From the human T2T-CHM13v2.0 reference genome, Homo sapiens, in NCBI RefSeq assembly GCF_009914755.1, contig NC_060925.1: 64,000 nucleotides of DNA; one strand, written 5' to 3'. Under the pieces are notes generated by a model that was not told the origin of the DNA, searched no databases, and saw only the letters and a program-made list of their open reading frames with translations. Position numbers and translations under genes: made by a program. Shown here one piece after another: positions 1 to 20,654 of the stretch (position 1 is its first letter; every line of letters starts with the position of its first letter).

Positions 1-640
1 AGGATCTAGGCTACAGGTACAAATGTGTGAGTCACCTGGAGATGGGAGGTAACTAAGGCCACACGTGTGGACAAGATTCCCTGAAGAGATGAGGACCCAG
101 AACAAACCTCAAAGAAGGCCTTGACGAGGAGGATGAGTCTTCGTGCCACTTAGTACAATGAGCAACTTCTGACTTATTTGTTCTTTCTGTTTGTTTTGTT
201 TTGTTTTGGAGACAGGGTCTTGCTCTATCACCTAGGCTAGCATGCAGTGGCACCATCGGAGTTCACTGCAGCCTCAATCTCCTGGGCTCAAGTGATCCTC
301 TCACCTCGGCCTCCCAAAGTGCTGGCATTCAGGCATAAGCCACTGCACCCGGCTGTGACTTATTTGTTTACCTGCTTACTGTTGGGCTTTGCCAGAAGAC
401 TGTAAGGTCCACAGGGCAGGGACTGCATCTCTAACTGAGCGATGCATCTGCCCAGTGCCTCATACAGGGCCTGGCATGGAGCAGTCCCCCAGGCACTATG
501 CTGGCAGGGCCAACCCCATCCATTCCTTGAGCAACATGATTGGGTCCACTGGTCCACACCGCCCAACAAAAAGTCAGAATGCTCAATTGGCATTCAAAAC
601 CCTCCAAGTCTTGCTGCACCCCCTTAGCATTCTAATCTTA

Positions 641-1271
<631 letters not shown>

Positions 1272-4200
1272 CTATACCTGAGTTTTCTAAAGGGGTTCTT
1301 CTATACCTGAGAGTATGCATAAATGATCTAAACCAGGGAGGTACAGAACAGGATGGACACAGCACCTCTCCCTGGAACCTGGACTGTGTGAAATAAAGAG
1401 GAATCGCCATAGATACTTCTGAGGGGATTTTCCAGGCCCTGCCCCTCTTCTCTGAGAAGCGCCCCCTCCCACACCATAGGTCTCAATGGCCATGTTTACC
1501 CTGCCGGTCACTTTCCCTCCATGACCTCTGCTGATGAAACCAGGGGTGGAGACCCAGCCACTGGACCCAATCCAGAAACTGGGCCGGGCTGTCAACCTCT
1601 GCCAGGAACTTGGAAGTGGGACATGAGACTGGCTCAATCTAGTGTCCGGTTACCTTTAGACACTGGCCCAGTGAGGTCATGTGAGCATGGGGGCTGTGCT
1701 TTGGGGCCTATGTGATGATGAATGAGCGAAAGCACTGATCAGATGTGCAGAGGGAAGCAGAGGCAGGAGAGAACAAGAATGACGAAGCAGCTGCCTTAGT
1801 TCCTGACAACTTCCCAGCCTCCAGTTCCAGGCCCTGGAGAGGTGTACTTTTACCTCCGGCTCTTCAGTCTCATGAGGCACCTCTAATTCTTTAAAGCCAA
1901 TTTCCCTCAATATTCTTCTCTGACGATCAAAAAACAAACAAACAAATTTCCCTCCAACAGAAACAAGCTTGACAGGGTTTATGTTTCTTGCAAACAATCT
2001 CTAAGATTACACAATTTTTACACTAAAATACATTTTACAAAGCAAACTGTAAAATTCACAAGAATATTAAAAATTAAGAAGGAAATCCTTTCTAAAACAA
2101 GATTCAAAAAAGCAAAAGTCACAAAGGAAAAGAAAAATGTAACTCCAAAACAATTTAAACTGTGCATTATAAGACCTGATACCAATTTAGGTAAACATTC
2201 CCCCAGCCACTCCCATTCCCCCACTGATAATATATTTTCCATGAGGAGATACATTGGGAAGCATGTACATTTCCATAGCAATTACCTCTGGGGAGAATAC
2301 AGGGATTGAGATAGTTGTTCATAGGCCTTTTCTGTTATGTTTTAAATTACTTATTACAAATTATGCCCTGGCCGAGCATAGTGGCTCACGCCTGTAATCC
2401 TAACATTTTTGGAGGCTGAGGTGGGCAGATCACTTGAGCCCAGGAGTTCAAGACCAGCCGGGCAACATAGTGAAACCCCAACCCTACAAAAAATACAAAA
2501 ATTAAGCCGGCGCCAGTAATCCTAGCTACTCAGGAGGCTGAGGTGGGAAAATCACCTGAGCCCAGGAGGTTGAGGCTGTGGTGAGCCATGATTGTGCCAC
2601 TGTACTCTAGCCTGGGTGACAGAGTGAGACCCTGTCTCAAAAAATAAAATAATAATAAATTATGCCACTTGTCCAATTAAAACTTTCTTTTAAAATTTCA
2701 AAAATATATACAAAACAAGCCTTTGAAGATCTCCTATTTGTGGCAGACTGCTTCATCTGAGACCTACTGGAGGGGGTGTGTCCACTAGCAGTTTGAGGCA
2801 CACAATATAGTATGAATTCTTAGCTCTGGTCAAAATGGCTTACTTGGTTCCCAATATGCTCTCTTCCCACCAGTCTCTGAATTCACTCCCTTGTCCTCTC
2901 CGATAAATGGGGTTCATCTATCCTTCCACCTGGAAGTGTCACCTCCTCCAGGAACTTCTCCCTCATTGCACCAGTCCTTACTGCTCTCTCCCTCTCCTGC
3001 TCCACTTGCCTCTTATGGCATTGACTGTACCTTTCTCTGGGGACTCAGGACAAACTCCTGGGGTTCTTACTGATCTCCCTGTAACAGGCTACTTCTCCCT
3101 AGTCAGTCAGCAAATCAAAGTAGCATCTTTATGTCCTTAGTGTCCTTTATGTCCATAGAGATGGCACAGAGAGCTGGACAGAGCCCAGGCAGAGCACAGC
3201 AGAGTCAGAGAGACCCACTGTGTGACACAGGGCAGCTGCCTCCACTGCCCTAGGCCCGGTTTCACCTGTTGTTGTGAATATCAATGAGATGATGGGCATA
3301 AAGGGGCCCAAGACAGGAAGAGGCTGGTTGACGTAATGACTATCTTAATATACTCCCTCACATTTGCATGGTGCTTCATAATTGAACACAAAAAACTTTA
3401 ACAACCCAGTAAGGTAAGCAGGGAGTGATTAAGAGATCCATTTTAAGGATAAAATAACAAGGTTCAGAGAAGTTACGTAGGGAGGACAGACAGATGGACT
3501 TTAAAAGGAAAGAGAACAGGACCGGGGGTAGAACACGTGGGTAGAAATGCTAACTTTCCCACTATCCAGCCGCAGGAGCTTGGCCAAGTCTCTTGGCCTC
3601 TCTGGACATCAGTTACTCCATCTTATCTGAGAGAGTTTCTAGCTGGTCTCTATCTTAAAAGGGTCCCTCAGCCCTGACATTCTAGTTTCCTGTGATCTGC
3701 CCAGGGTCCTTCCCAGCAGGACTGTACAAAAGGGCTGCGAGTCCCAGGACAGGGTCCCTAGTTACTCCCAGGAAACCAGTCAGAACTGGAAGACTTGACT
3801 TAAGAATCAGTTGCATTTTGATTCAGTCAAATAGAGCTACAAGCCTGGGGGTGGGTTAGTCAAGCCCAGAACTGGGGGAAAAAATTGCAGCATCAAACTA
3901 TATGTAAACACAATATAATCGCAAAATATAAATGCAAATGCAAAACCAAACAGGAAACCTCAGGGAAGTCTAATCCAAAGTTCAGACTCTAACTTTTTGG
4001 GCCCTGAGATGCTGAAGAGAAAAGCTGTGTTTGGGTGCCGCAAGCCTTTCTGTTGTAACAATGAACCTCTACGTGCACCAAACCAAAAATCTGAAGGCAA
4101 AGGAGGATGGGTTTTGTCTTGCCTGAACTGGGGCAAAGCTGAGCCCTGAACAGAGCCTGCTGTGGCCTCCAGACCCATTCTAAGGGTCCCTCCCCCAACA

Positions 4201-4852
4201 CACAGTGCTTACACTTACACAGCCAGGCAAGGCCAGATGTATGGGCATAAATGGGCATTTCTGTCCATGGATAAGGTTCATATTGGAGCCCCTTCTCCTG
4301 CTCTAAGATTCTAATGAACAACCTGGGGAGGAGGATGAACCATGAAATCCCTAAGAATGTGGATGGCACTGAGCTATTCTGGGTCATGAAATGTGAGGCT
4401 ATGAAGACAAATCTCAGGAAGCTCTCCAAAGGATGGGCTGGACAGCAGTGTTTCCCTGTGAGCCCCACAGTAAAATATAACCCACATCCACAGGCAGTGG
4501 ACTCTGCCCAAGGAAGGAAGCCAAATCTGACCGGCTGCTTCTTATTTTAATAAAACATGTACCCCTACTATGTGCAAAGTAGTAGGCTAGGCTCCGTGAG
4601 ACAAATGAGACAAGGTGAGGCTCTGTGAGACAAATGAAGACAAAAGAGACCCAATCACTGTCTAAAGAGATCTGCCGATTAATCTGACGATAATCATTCC
4701 ATTTATCAAGAGGCATGGGCCAGTGCAGCGGCTCACACCTATAATCCTAGTACTTTGAGAGGCCAAGGCGGATAGACTGCCTGAGCTCAGGAGTTCAAGA
4801 ACAGCCTGACCAACATGGTGAAACCCTGTCTCTACTAAAAATACAAATATTA

Positions 4853-5017
<165 letters not shown>

Positions 5018-5144
5018 TTATATGCATTGTCTCATGTGAGGTACACATTATTACCCCCATTCCACAGATGACAGGACAGGTCACATGCCCACGTTCACCC
5101 AAATGGCAAACTGCAGAGCCAGCGTTTGAAAAAAGGTCTGCCTT

Positions 5145-5595
<451 letters not shown>

Positions 5596-5949
5596 CTACT
5601 GAGCTTTGTATCTGCCACGCAGTGGGTGCCTAGTACACTTAAGGTGAAGGGTGGAAGGCTAGAGCCGTTGCTGAGGTCCAAAATGCCACCCAAATTGAGG
5701 GCATCCTTTGGATGGGGAGCTGCAAAAACACATTATTCTCCGTTGGACCAAGGCCACGGGGTGTCTGTCCTAGAATATTCTTTGCAGAGGAGCTGCGGAA
5801 AGCTGCAGCAGGTTCAGAGAAGAGGAATGGAAGGAACTCCGAAGAGCATGGGAATGGGGTGGGGCAGCCTGCAAGACCGAAAGAAAAGGCCTGGGACGCT
5901 TTGCTGGGAAAGACAAAGAGGAGAGGGGAGGGGAGAGGAGACGATAAAC

Positions 5950-7470
<1,521 letters not shown>

Positions 7471-7981
7471 CTAGTTCCCTCTTACCCGACCATAGATCGC
7501 ACCCACGCCTTTACTCTTCCTGCTCCTGCCTTTCACCCCTTAATCTGGCTCACCATCCTTTGGGGCGGATGAGGGATGGGGTTCAGGATAGAAATCCACT
7601 TAGGTTTAGTTCTGAAGCCTGAGGTCCTCTGGGGAAAAGTTCTCCAAGTAAAAAGCTAGGAAAGCACCGCAGCAAGGAACATTGGTTTTGGAGTCAGAGG
7701 AACCTAGATTCCAATCTTGGTTACTTTGGATAAATTGCTTGCTTCTCTAAGCCTGCATTTCCCCCTCTTAAAATGGCCTCATGGTATTTTACCCCACAGG
7801 GCGGCGATTGAGAGAATCTTTTCTTTTCTCGCACAGAAAAGAAAAGAAAAGAAAAAATCCGGAAAGATATGCACTAAAATGTTGCACCAGCAACATTTTA
7901 TGCACTAGCTGAAGACAGATATGCACTAGCTGAAGACATTATGAGTAACTTTCTTTTCTTTTGGTGAATCTGTATATCCTA

Positions 7982-8392
<411 letters not shown>

Positions 8393-8824
8393 CTATTCCA
8401 AGAGTTCTTTCAAGGTCAACTTCTCCTGTTGAAACCAAATAGGCACTTTTCTTGTTATTTATTTTTAGAGACAAGGTCTCACTCTGTCGCCCAGGCTGAA
8501 GTGCAGTGCAATGATCATAGCTCAAGGCAGCCTCAAACTCCTGAGCTTAGGCACTTTTCTTGCTTGACTTTTAGGAGCATCTGACAATGTTAACCACTCC
8601 CTTCTCCTTGAAACACCCTTGCCCCTGAATCCTAGGAGAACTATTTTCTTTGGTGGCCCTCTCCCTCTGGCTGTTCCAAGAGCCCTTTCTGAGATGCACT
8701 TCCTCCGCAGGGATCTTAAATGCTGGAGTTGTTGGGAGCTCTCTGCTAAATCCTCTGCATGTCTCACTCTATCAGCCTTCCTGGATTTCTTCATCCAATC
8801 CCAACGGTAATGTTGATGTCTTCT

Positions 8825-10297
<1,473 letters not shown>

Positions 10298-11204
10298 TCT
10301 TCCAAGGCTGTATTTCCAGCCTGGACTCTTCTCTAGTTCAAGATCTATGTATCCAGCCACCTATGAGACAGTTTCATTTCACTGGCTCACAGACAGACAC
10401 CTTAAACTCTACAGGTCCAAAACTGAACTCACCATCTCGTACGCCCACTCCTTGCACCAGATTGTTTTCTGTCCCTGTCTTGATGGAAGGCATTACCATG
10501 CACCCCCTCGGAGTCATCCTCTCCTCCCTTCTTCTACCAACCTCCCCTCAAACAAGTCTTGTCACTAGTCTCACCAGTGAGACCACCTTCTCCATCTGCA
10601 GGCCAACCCCAGTCCAGACCACTGCCACCTCTCACTTCCTCGCTGGTCTCCCTGCCCCTAATCTTGCATATCTGTTCTGTTGCTCCTCTACTTAGAACTC
10701 TTCAGTGCCCCCCGCATTGCTCTCTGAATAAAAGCCAAACTTGTTTTCATGGATGTCTAGCCCTGCATGGTCTTGCTGCTCCTGCCATTCACAGGCTGAT
10801 CTCTTGCCTCTCTGTCCCCACTGTGATTGAGCCCCTTCACTGTTCTCCCCTCCGTCTGTAATGCTCTCCCACGTCCTTTCAGCAGGCCAACTTAGATGTC
10901 AATTCCTCCAAGAACCCTTCCTTGATGTACTTACTCTGGACTCCTACGGGATCCAGTATCTCCCACCACAGCAATTACCACTGTGGACTGTAATAATCAG
11001 TTTTCTGGTCTGGGGCTCTGGCCCACCTATTTATTTATTTATTTATTTACTACGTACTAGTCACAGGGCCAAGGGCTATACAAGCAATAGCTCACTCAAT
11101 ACCCACTCAATACTCACAGCAACCCTATGAGGTAGGTGACGTTATGCTTCCCATCTCACTGAAATTAAAGCTTAGAGAGATTAATTTGTATAAAGTCAGA
11201 ATGA

Positions 11205-11654
<450 letters not shown>

Positions 11655-12241
11655 TAGCCAGGATGGTCTCGATCTCCCTCCCGATCTCGTGATCCGCCCG
11701 CCTTGGCCTCCCAAAGTGCTGGGATTACAGGCGTGAGCCACCGCGCCTGCCACTTTTAATTTTTATATGGAGGTCGGGGGGCAGGGGTCTCACTTTGCCC
11801 AGGCTGGTCTCGAACTCTTGAGCTCAAGTGATCCTCCCTCCTCAGCCTCCCAAAGTGCTGGAATTATAGGTCTAAGCCACTGAGCCTGGCCATTCTCTCT
11901 CTCTCTCTTTTTAAGTAAAATAACTTTTTGTTTTTACTTAAATATGTGAACAATTCAATTACAGTGAAATTTTTTCTGAACCTCCAGGTTTAGGGTAATC
12001 TTTAAGTAATCTATAGGTATTTGATATTATGTCATGCCCGACTATGTTTATATTGGATCAAAATAGAGAAGGAGAGAAAACTGTAAGGATTCCAAGTGTT
12101 TGATATACCTAATGCAAATACTGTACTTTCAGTGCCATAATTTTTAAAATAGAACCTCTCAAGATAGCTTATCCTCATTTCTGCATACAATCAATAAATA
12201 GAGACTCAGGAGCAACTGCTTGAACAGTCCTCTGCTGGTAC

Positions 12242-12822
12242 CGTTACCGGAAAGGGGTCCAGACCCCAAGAGAGGGTTCTTGGATCTCACACAAAGTCCA
12301 TAAAGCGAAAGCAAGTTTATTAGGAAAGTGAAGGAATACAGAATGGATAACCTACAGGCAAAGCTGCCCCCAGGGGCTGCTGGTTGCGCATTTTTATGGT
12401 CATTTATTGATTATATGCTAAACAAGGGGTGGATTATTCATGAGTTTTCCCGGAAAGGGGTGCTCAGAACTGAGGGTTCCTCCCCTTTTTAGACCCTATA
12501 GGGTGACTTCCTGACGTTGCCATGGCATTTGTAAGCTGTCGGGGCACTGGTGGGAGTGTCTCTTAGCATGCTACTGTATTATAATTAGCATATAATGAGC
12601 AGTGAGGATGACCAGAGGTCACTTTGCAGCAACCTTGGTTTTGGTGGATTTTGGCTGGCTTCTTTACCACAGCCTGTTTTATCAGCAACGTCTTTGTGAC
12701 CTGTATCTCATCCTGTGACTTAGAATGTCCTGCTTTCTGGGAGTGCAGGCCAGTAGGTCTCAGCCTTATTTTACCCAGACCCTATTCAAGATGGAGTCAC
12801 TCTAGTTTAAACACCTCTGATG
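12242..12822 (-). mobile_element. MER41B-type ERV1 solo LTR
   Basis: Reverse complement begins (c/t)atcagaggtgtttaaactagagtgactccatcttgaatagggtctgggtaaaataaggctgagacctac, typical of the MER41 5' end; retains the GAS-containing segment (TTCCCGGAA 12447-12455) that MER41A lacks; possible 4-bp TSD GTAC/GTAT. Confidence 0.85.
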
Positions 12823-13584
12823 GTATTATTAGATTCTTGTGCTTGATTTTGGTTCACTGGCAAACTGCCATGTGCCAAGAGGAGAGTCCTCTGGGGTGAA
12901 GCAGTTGGGAGGGTAAGAAATGAGCTCAGAGAGGTCCTGGGATGCTTGCTCTCTGGAGCAAGTTTTTTTCCAGATAAAATCAAACCATCAAGGGGTTGGG
13001 CACAATGGGCAACATAGTGAGACTTCACTTCTACAAAAAATTTAAAAATTAGTCAGGTGTGATGGCACGTGTCTGTAGTCCTGCTACGTTCTGCTACTTG
13101 GGAGGCTGAGGTGGGAGGATTGCTTGAGCCCAGGAGTGTGAGGCTATACACAGCTTTGATCACGCCACTGGTTAGAGACAGGGTCTCGCTCTGTCACCCA
13201 GGCTGGAGCACAGTGGCATGATCATGGCTCTGTAACCTTGACCAATCCTCCTGCCTCAACCTCCAGATTCATTGCGACTACAGGTGCATGCCACCATGCC
13301 TGGCCTTGCTATATTCTCTTAAACTCTGCCTGATCAGAATTTTGCTCCCACCAGCCACTGAACTGCTCTCATCAAGGCCACCATGACCCCCCCACCTGCT
13401 GAACCCAGAGGTCAGTGCTCAGTCCTCATCCTGCAGCCCCTCCAGCAGCTGCCTAATGTCTCCCCCATTTCTTTACTTGGCCTCAAGACACCACACTGCT
13501 TTGATTTTCTTCCTCTCGTACTGGTGGCTCCTTCTTGAACTCCTTGGTTTGTTCCTCCTCTTCTTTCTGATTTCTCAGCACTGA

Positions 13585-14130
<546 letters not shown>

Positions 14131-15428
14131 TGAACTCCTGACCTCGTGATCCGCCAGCCTCAGCCTCCCAAAGTGCTGGGATTACAGGTATGAGCCACTG
14201 CGCCCAGCCCACAACTTCCATTTTCTAGCGTTCAGGATGAACATTCTTGACTCTTCTCTTTCTCTCACACCCCACATCATGAAATCCATTGGCTCTATCC
14301 CTAAAATATATCTAGAACTCCACTCCTCATCACTGCACCGCTAGTGGCCTGGTCCAAGCCATTGTGATCTCTTGCCCGGATCACTGCAGGAGCCTTCATT
14401 GTGCTCTCTGCTTCCACCCTGGCTGCTCTACAGCCTATTCTTTTTTCTTTTTTCTTTTTTTTTTTTTTTTTGAGAGAGAGGGTCTCGCTCTGTTGCCCAA
14501 GTTGTAGTGCAGTGGCAAAATCTTGGCTCACTGCAACCTCCCAACTTCAAGCAATTCTCATGCCTCATCCTTCCAAGTAGCTGGAATTACAGGCATGTGC
14601 CACCATGCCCAGCTAATTTTTCTATTTTTAGTAGAGATGGGGCTTCGCCATGTTGGCCAGGCTGGTCTTGAACTCCTGACCTCAAGTGATCCACCCATCT
14701 TGGCCTTTCAGAGTGCTAGGATTACAGGTGTGAGCCACCATGCCCGGCCTACAGCCTATTCTCAACTGAGCAGCAAGTGACTCTGATACCAGATCATGTC
14801 ATTGCACTCTGCAAAACCCTCTAATGCCTCTCACTCAAGCCAAAAGCCAAGCCTTGCATGGCCTGAAGGTCTTACCTAATCTGCCTTCCTCTGACCTCAT
14901 CCCTTCTCACTCTCCCTCTCCTCCCCTGCTCCAGTCACATTGACTTCCTTAGTGTTCCTTGAATATACTTGGCACACTTGTGCCCCAGGACCTTTGCACT
15001 GGCTGCTCCTCCTGCCTGGCATGGTCTTCCCACAGATATCCACATGGCCAGTGTTCTCACTTCTTTCTGCCAAGTCTTAGCCCAAATGCTACCATCTCAG
15101 GGAGGCTTATCCTGACCACCCAATTTAAACTGCTATTGGCCAGGTGTGGTAGCTCACGCTTGTAATCCCAGAACTTTGGGATACTGAGGTAGGCAAATCA
15201 CCTGAGCCCAGGAGTTCAAGATCAGCCTGGGCAACATGGCAAAACTCCATCTCTACAAAAAATTTGCTGGGTGTGGTGGCACACACCTGTAGTCCCAACT
15301 ACTCGGGAGGCTGAGGCAGGAGGATCACCTGGGCCAAGGGAGGTTGAGGCTGCAATGAACTGTGACTGCACCACTGCACTCCAGCCTGGGCGACAGAATG
15401 AGATCCTGTCTCAAAAAACAAAAAGACT

Positions 15429-15690
<262 letters not shown>

Positions 15691-15878
15691 TGATCCACCT
15701 GCCTCAGCCTCCCAAAATGCTAAGATTACAGGCATGAGCCACTGTGACCAGTCAGGATGATGATTATGTTAGGTCTACCTAGATAATCCAAGATAATCAC
15801 CCATTTCAGGGTCAGCTGATTAGCTATCTTATCACCTGTAATCTTAATTTTCCCTTGCCATGTAATATCACATATTCA

Positions 15879-16025
<147 letters not shown>

Positions 16026-16365
16026 TCATGAGGTCAGGAGTTCAAGACCAGCCTGGCCAAGATGGTGAAGACCCGTCTCTATTAAAAATACAAAAAAATT
16101 AGCCGAGCGTGATGGCAGCTCGGCTGAGTAGCTGTAATTCCAGCTACTCAGGAGGCTGAGGCAGAGAATTGTTTGAACCAAGGAGGCAGAAGTTGCAGTG
16201 AGCTGAGATCGTGCCACTGCACTCCAGCCTGGACGACAGAACGAGACTCCATCTCAAAAAAACACAAAACCCAAAAAAACGACAACAAAAAAAACACTGT
16301 TGTTGGGCAATGACATATAGGGACTTTGAGCTATGAGTATACCTGTGCTCAAAAAGCTACCAGGG

Positions 16366-16720
<355 letters not shown>

Positions 16721-17042
16721 TCAGCCTAGCAGGCAAAGCATGTCATGAATTGACCTATATTCCCATTTTATGAACAGGTACTTTCTGGCTTCCTTGCTTC
16801 CACTCTACCTGAAAGCCCTTTTCTTCCATTTATGATCTTGAAAGTCCTTCCATTGATTATGGTCAAGTTCAAATGTTGCCTCTTCCATGAAACCTTTTCA
16901 GAACCCCCAGAATGAGTCTCCCTCCACTGTTGCTACTGTGGAATTTGTCTTGATGGGAGTCATTTGTGTATGTACCAGTTGGGGGTCGTTCCCATCTAAG
17001 CGTGGGCACCTGGACCATGGAGTCCACCTCAGCATAGGTCAG

Positions 17043-17541
17043 CAGTTCTCACACTTGAGTGTGCATCTGAATCACCTGGAGGACTTATTAAAATGCAGAC
17101 TCCTGGGGCCAACATCCAGAATTTCAGATTCAGTTGATGTGGGATGGGACCTGGTCATCTGCATTTCTTTTTTTTTTTTTTAAGACAGAGCCTAGCTCTG
17201 TCGCCCAGGCTGGGGTGCAATGGTGCGATCTCGGCTCACTGCAACCTCCACCTCCCGAGTTCAAGTGATTCTCTCCTGTCTCAGCCTCCTGAGTAGCTGG
17301 GATTACAGGTGCCCGCCACTGCACCTGGCTAATTTTTGGTATTTTTAGTAGAGACAGGGTTTCACCATGTTGGCCAGGCTTGTCTCGAATTCCTGACCTC
17401 AGGTGATCCGCCCATCTCGGCCTCCTGAATTGCTGGGATTACAGGCGTGAGCCACCATGCCTGGCCAGTCATCTGCATTTCTAACAACTACCCAGGTAAT
17501 TCTGATGCTGCTGGTCTGGGGAGTACACTTTGAGAACCACA
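17043..17541. mobile_element. MER5A hAT-Charlie DNA transposon split by an antisense Alu
   Basis: cagttctcacacttgagtgtgcatctgaatcacctggagg... and ...ctaacaactacccaggtaattctgatgctgctggtctggggagtacactttgagaaccac; Alu flanked by TSD GTCATCTGCATTTCT. Confidence 0.75.
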
Positions 17542-17690
17542 GGCACAGAAGCTGAGATGTTGTCATCAGGCTAGACCTGGCTTCAAATCTCAGCTCTGCC
17601 TCTTACTCTGTGATTCTGGATATGTCCCTATCCCTCTCCGAGCTGCTTTCTCATCTATAAAAGGATTCATCTTCCCCTCCCCACTGGGGT

Positions 17691-17799
17691 GATGTGAAGA
17701 GTAACAGGCTTAGGACAATTACGATGTGAGGAGTAATAGGCCTAGGACAATTACGATGTGAGGAGTAACAGGCTTAGGACAATTCCAATTAGGACAATT
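17691..17799. repeat. 32-bp minisatellite, ~3 copies
   Basis: GATGTGA(A/G)GAGTAA(C/T)AGGC(T/C)TAGGACAATTAC units starting at 17691, 17723, 17755. Confidence 0.9.
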
Positions 17800-18026
17800 G
17801 CAGGTTCTTAATAAAAGGCCTGAAGCTCTACCTCTAAAATTTTCCTCCCCCTGTGTTTTGGCTTCCTAGTAGGTGCTCAATAAAAACTTGTGAATTGGTT
17901 TTAGGGGAAACTACTGCCTTGGACACTTGGAAAAAAGGTGCTGGCAGCCGGGCGCGGTGGCTCACGCCTATAATCCCAGCACTTTGGGAGGCAGAGGACA
18001 GCGGTTCACTTGAGGTCAGGAGTTCA

Positions 18027-18339
<313 letters not shown>

Positions 18340-18468
18340 TCAACTGTATTGCAAGTTCATGGTTATTTATCCACAAAAGCTTCCCTAGTACCTCCAAGGA
18401 ACCTGGTGGCTGGTGGCCCTGCCAGGGTTACAGAGCTCAAGGGAAGGTGGTGGTCCTCAAAGGGCTCA

Positions 18469-18829
<361 letters not shown>

Positions 18830-18876
18830 TCACGCCTGTAATCCCAGCACTTTGGGAGGCTGAGGCGGACAGATCA

Positions 18877-19338
<462 letters not shown>

Positions 19339-19765
19339 TCACAGTTTATATTTGAGGGACCACTAGTCAAACTGTTTGTGGGCAAAAGACTGTGTCTTTG
19401 TTTCCCCAGAATCTGGCAGTGTACACACACAGAAAATCTTAAAGGTCAGAATGGAGCCCCCATAATGCCAGTTAGGAGGCTGGACCACATGGAAGTCACA
19501 AGCATGGCCCTTGGAGCTTAGATGGCCACGTTGCAGTCTGGTTGTATCACCAGGACCGGGACTAGGGTGAGGCAGGTGAAGTGCCTCTCTTGCTCACCCT
19601 TACTAGCTGTGTGACCTCACATAAGTAAATTCACCTCTTTGAGCCTCACTGGCAATAATAATGCCTATTCTATAAGGTTTTTGAAAAGATTGCATAGAAT
19701 AAAACCTGGTCACTAAAGAGATCTCAATAAAAGGTAGCTTTTCCCAATTTCTGCATTTGGCAGAG

Positions 19766-19784
19766 TGGCCAGCAGAGGGCAGTG
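19766..19784 (+). promoter_or_regulatory. Predicted CTCF binding site
   Basis: TGGCCAGCAGAGGGCAGTG, close to core consensus TGGCCACCAGGGGGCGCTA, with a TGCATTTG upstream-module-like element 6 nt 5'. Confidence 0.65.
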
Positions 19785-20603
19785 GTCCCCATGCTGGGAA
19801 AATAACCTGCCTGGGCAGAGGCCTAGCTAGCGCTGACCGGGCAAACAGTTCGAGTGGTCAGGGATCCCTTTAATTGAGGGACTACACGCTCCAGGAAGGG
19901 GTGTGTGGCCATAACTGGGTCAACACAACCACTAGCCAACAGATACACTGGGCATCCTGCTGGTCACCCTTTGCTGTGGTCACTTGTTTCAAGCGATTCT
20001 CTTGCCTCAGCCTCCTGAGTAGCTGGGACTACAGGCACACGCCGCCACGCCTGGCTAATTTTTTGTATTTTAGTAGAGACGGGGTTTCACCGTGTTGCCC
20101 AGGCTGGTGGTGAACTCCTGAGCTCAGGCAATCCTCCCGCCTCAGCCTCCCAAAGTGCTGGGATTGTAGGCGTGAGCCACCACACTTGGCCCTGTTCTAC
20201 ATATTTTAACCATGGAGCCACCTGGCCTTTTCCCAAACAGCTCCTTCTGCCTGCTGTGCAGCCTTCTCCCCTTCTTTCCTTCGGCAAGCATCTCCTTCAG
20301 GCCCCATCCCCAACCCTCTCTGAGTCCATCTTTCCATAGATGGAGCCCATCCGAGCTCCCAGAGCATTCTATTCTTCCTTGATGGTGGCATTTATAACAC
20401 TTTATTAAACGACATATTTATAAGACATGAAGTTTGGCTAGAGGTTAAGAGTAGGGTTTCCTGGGGCTGCATGGCCTGGGCTCTATCACATGTTGTGTGA
20501 CTTTGTACACATTGCCCAACCTCTCTGAGTCTCAATTTCCTCATTTGTAAACATGGGGCTAATAACAATACCTACTTTATAGGGTTTTGCCAGAAACCAT
20601 TTA

Positions 20604-20654
20604 GCCATAACTTTTAATGGCAAAAACCGCAATTACTTTTGCACCAACCTAATA
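20604..20654. mobile_element. Half MADE1 (Hsmar1-derived MITE), one terminal inverted repeat plus TA
   Basis: GCCATAACTTTTAATGGCAAAAACCGCAATTACTTTTGCACCAACCTAA-TA matches the right part of the MADE1 consensus. Confidence 0.88.

Noticed and set aside
17691-17799. 32-bp repeats superficially CRISPR-sized
   Set aside because: Contiguous tandem units with no spacers, in a mammalian genome
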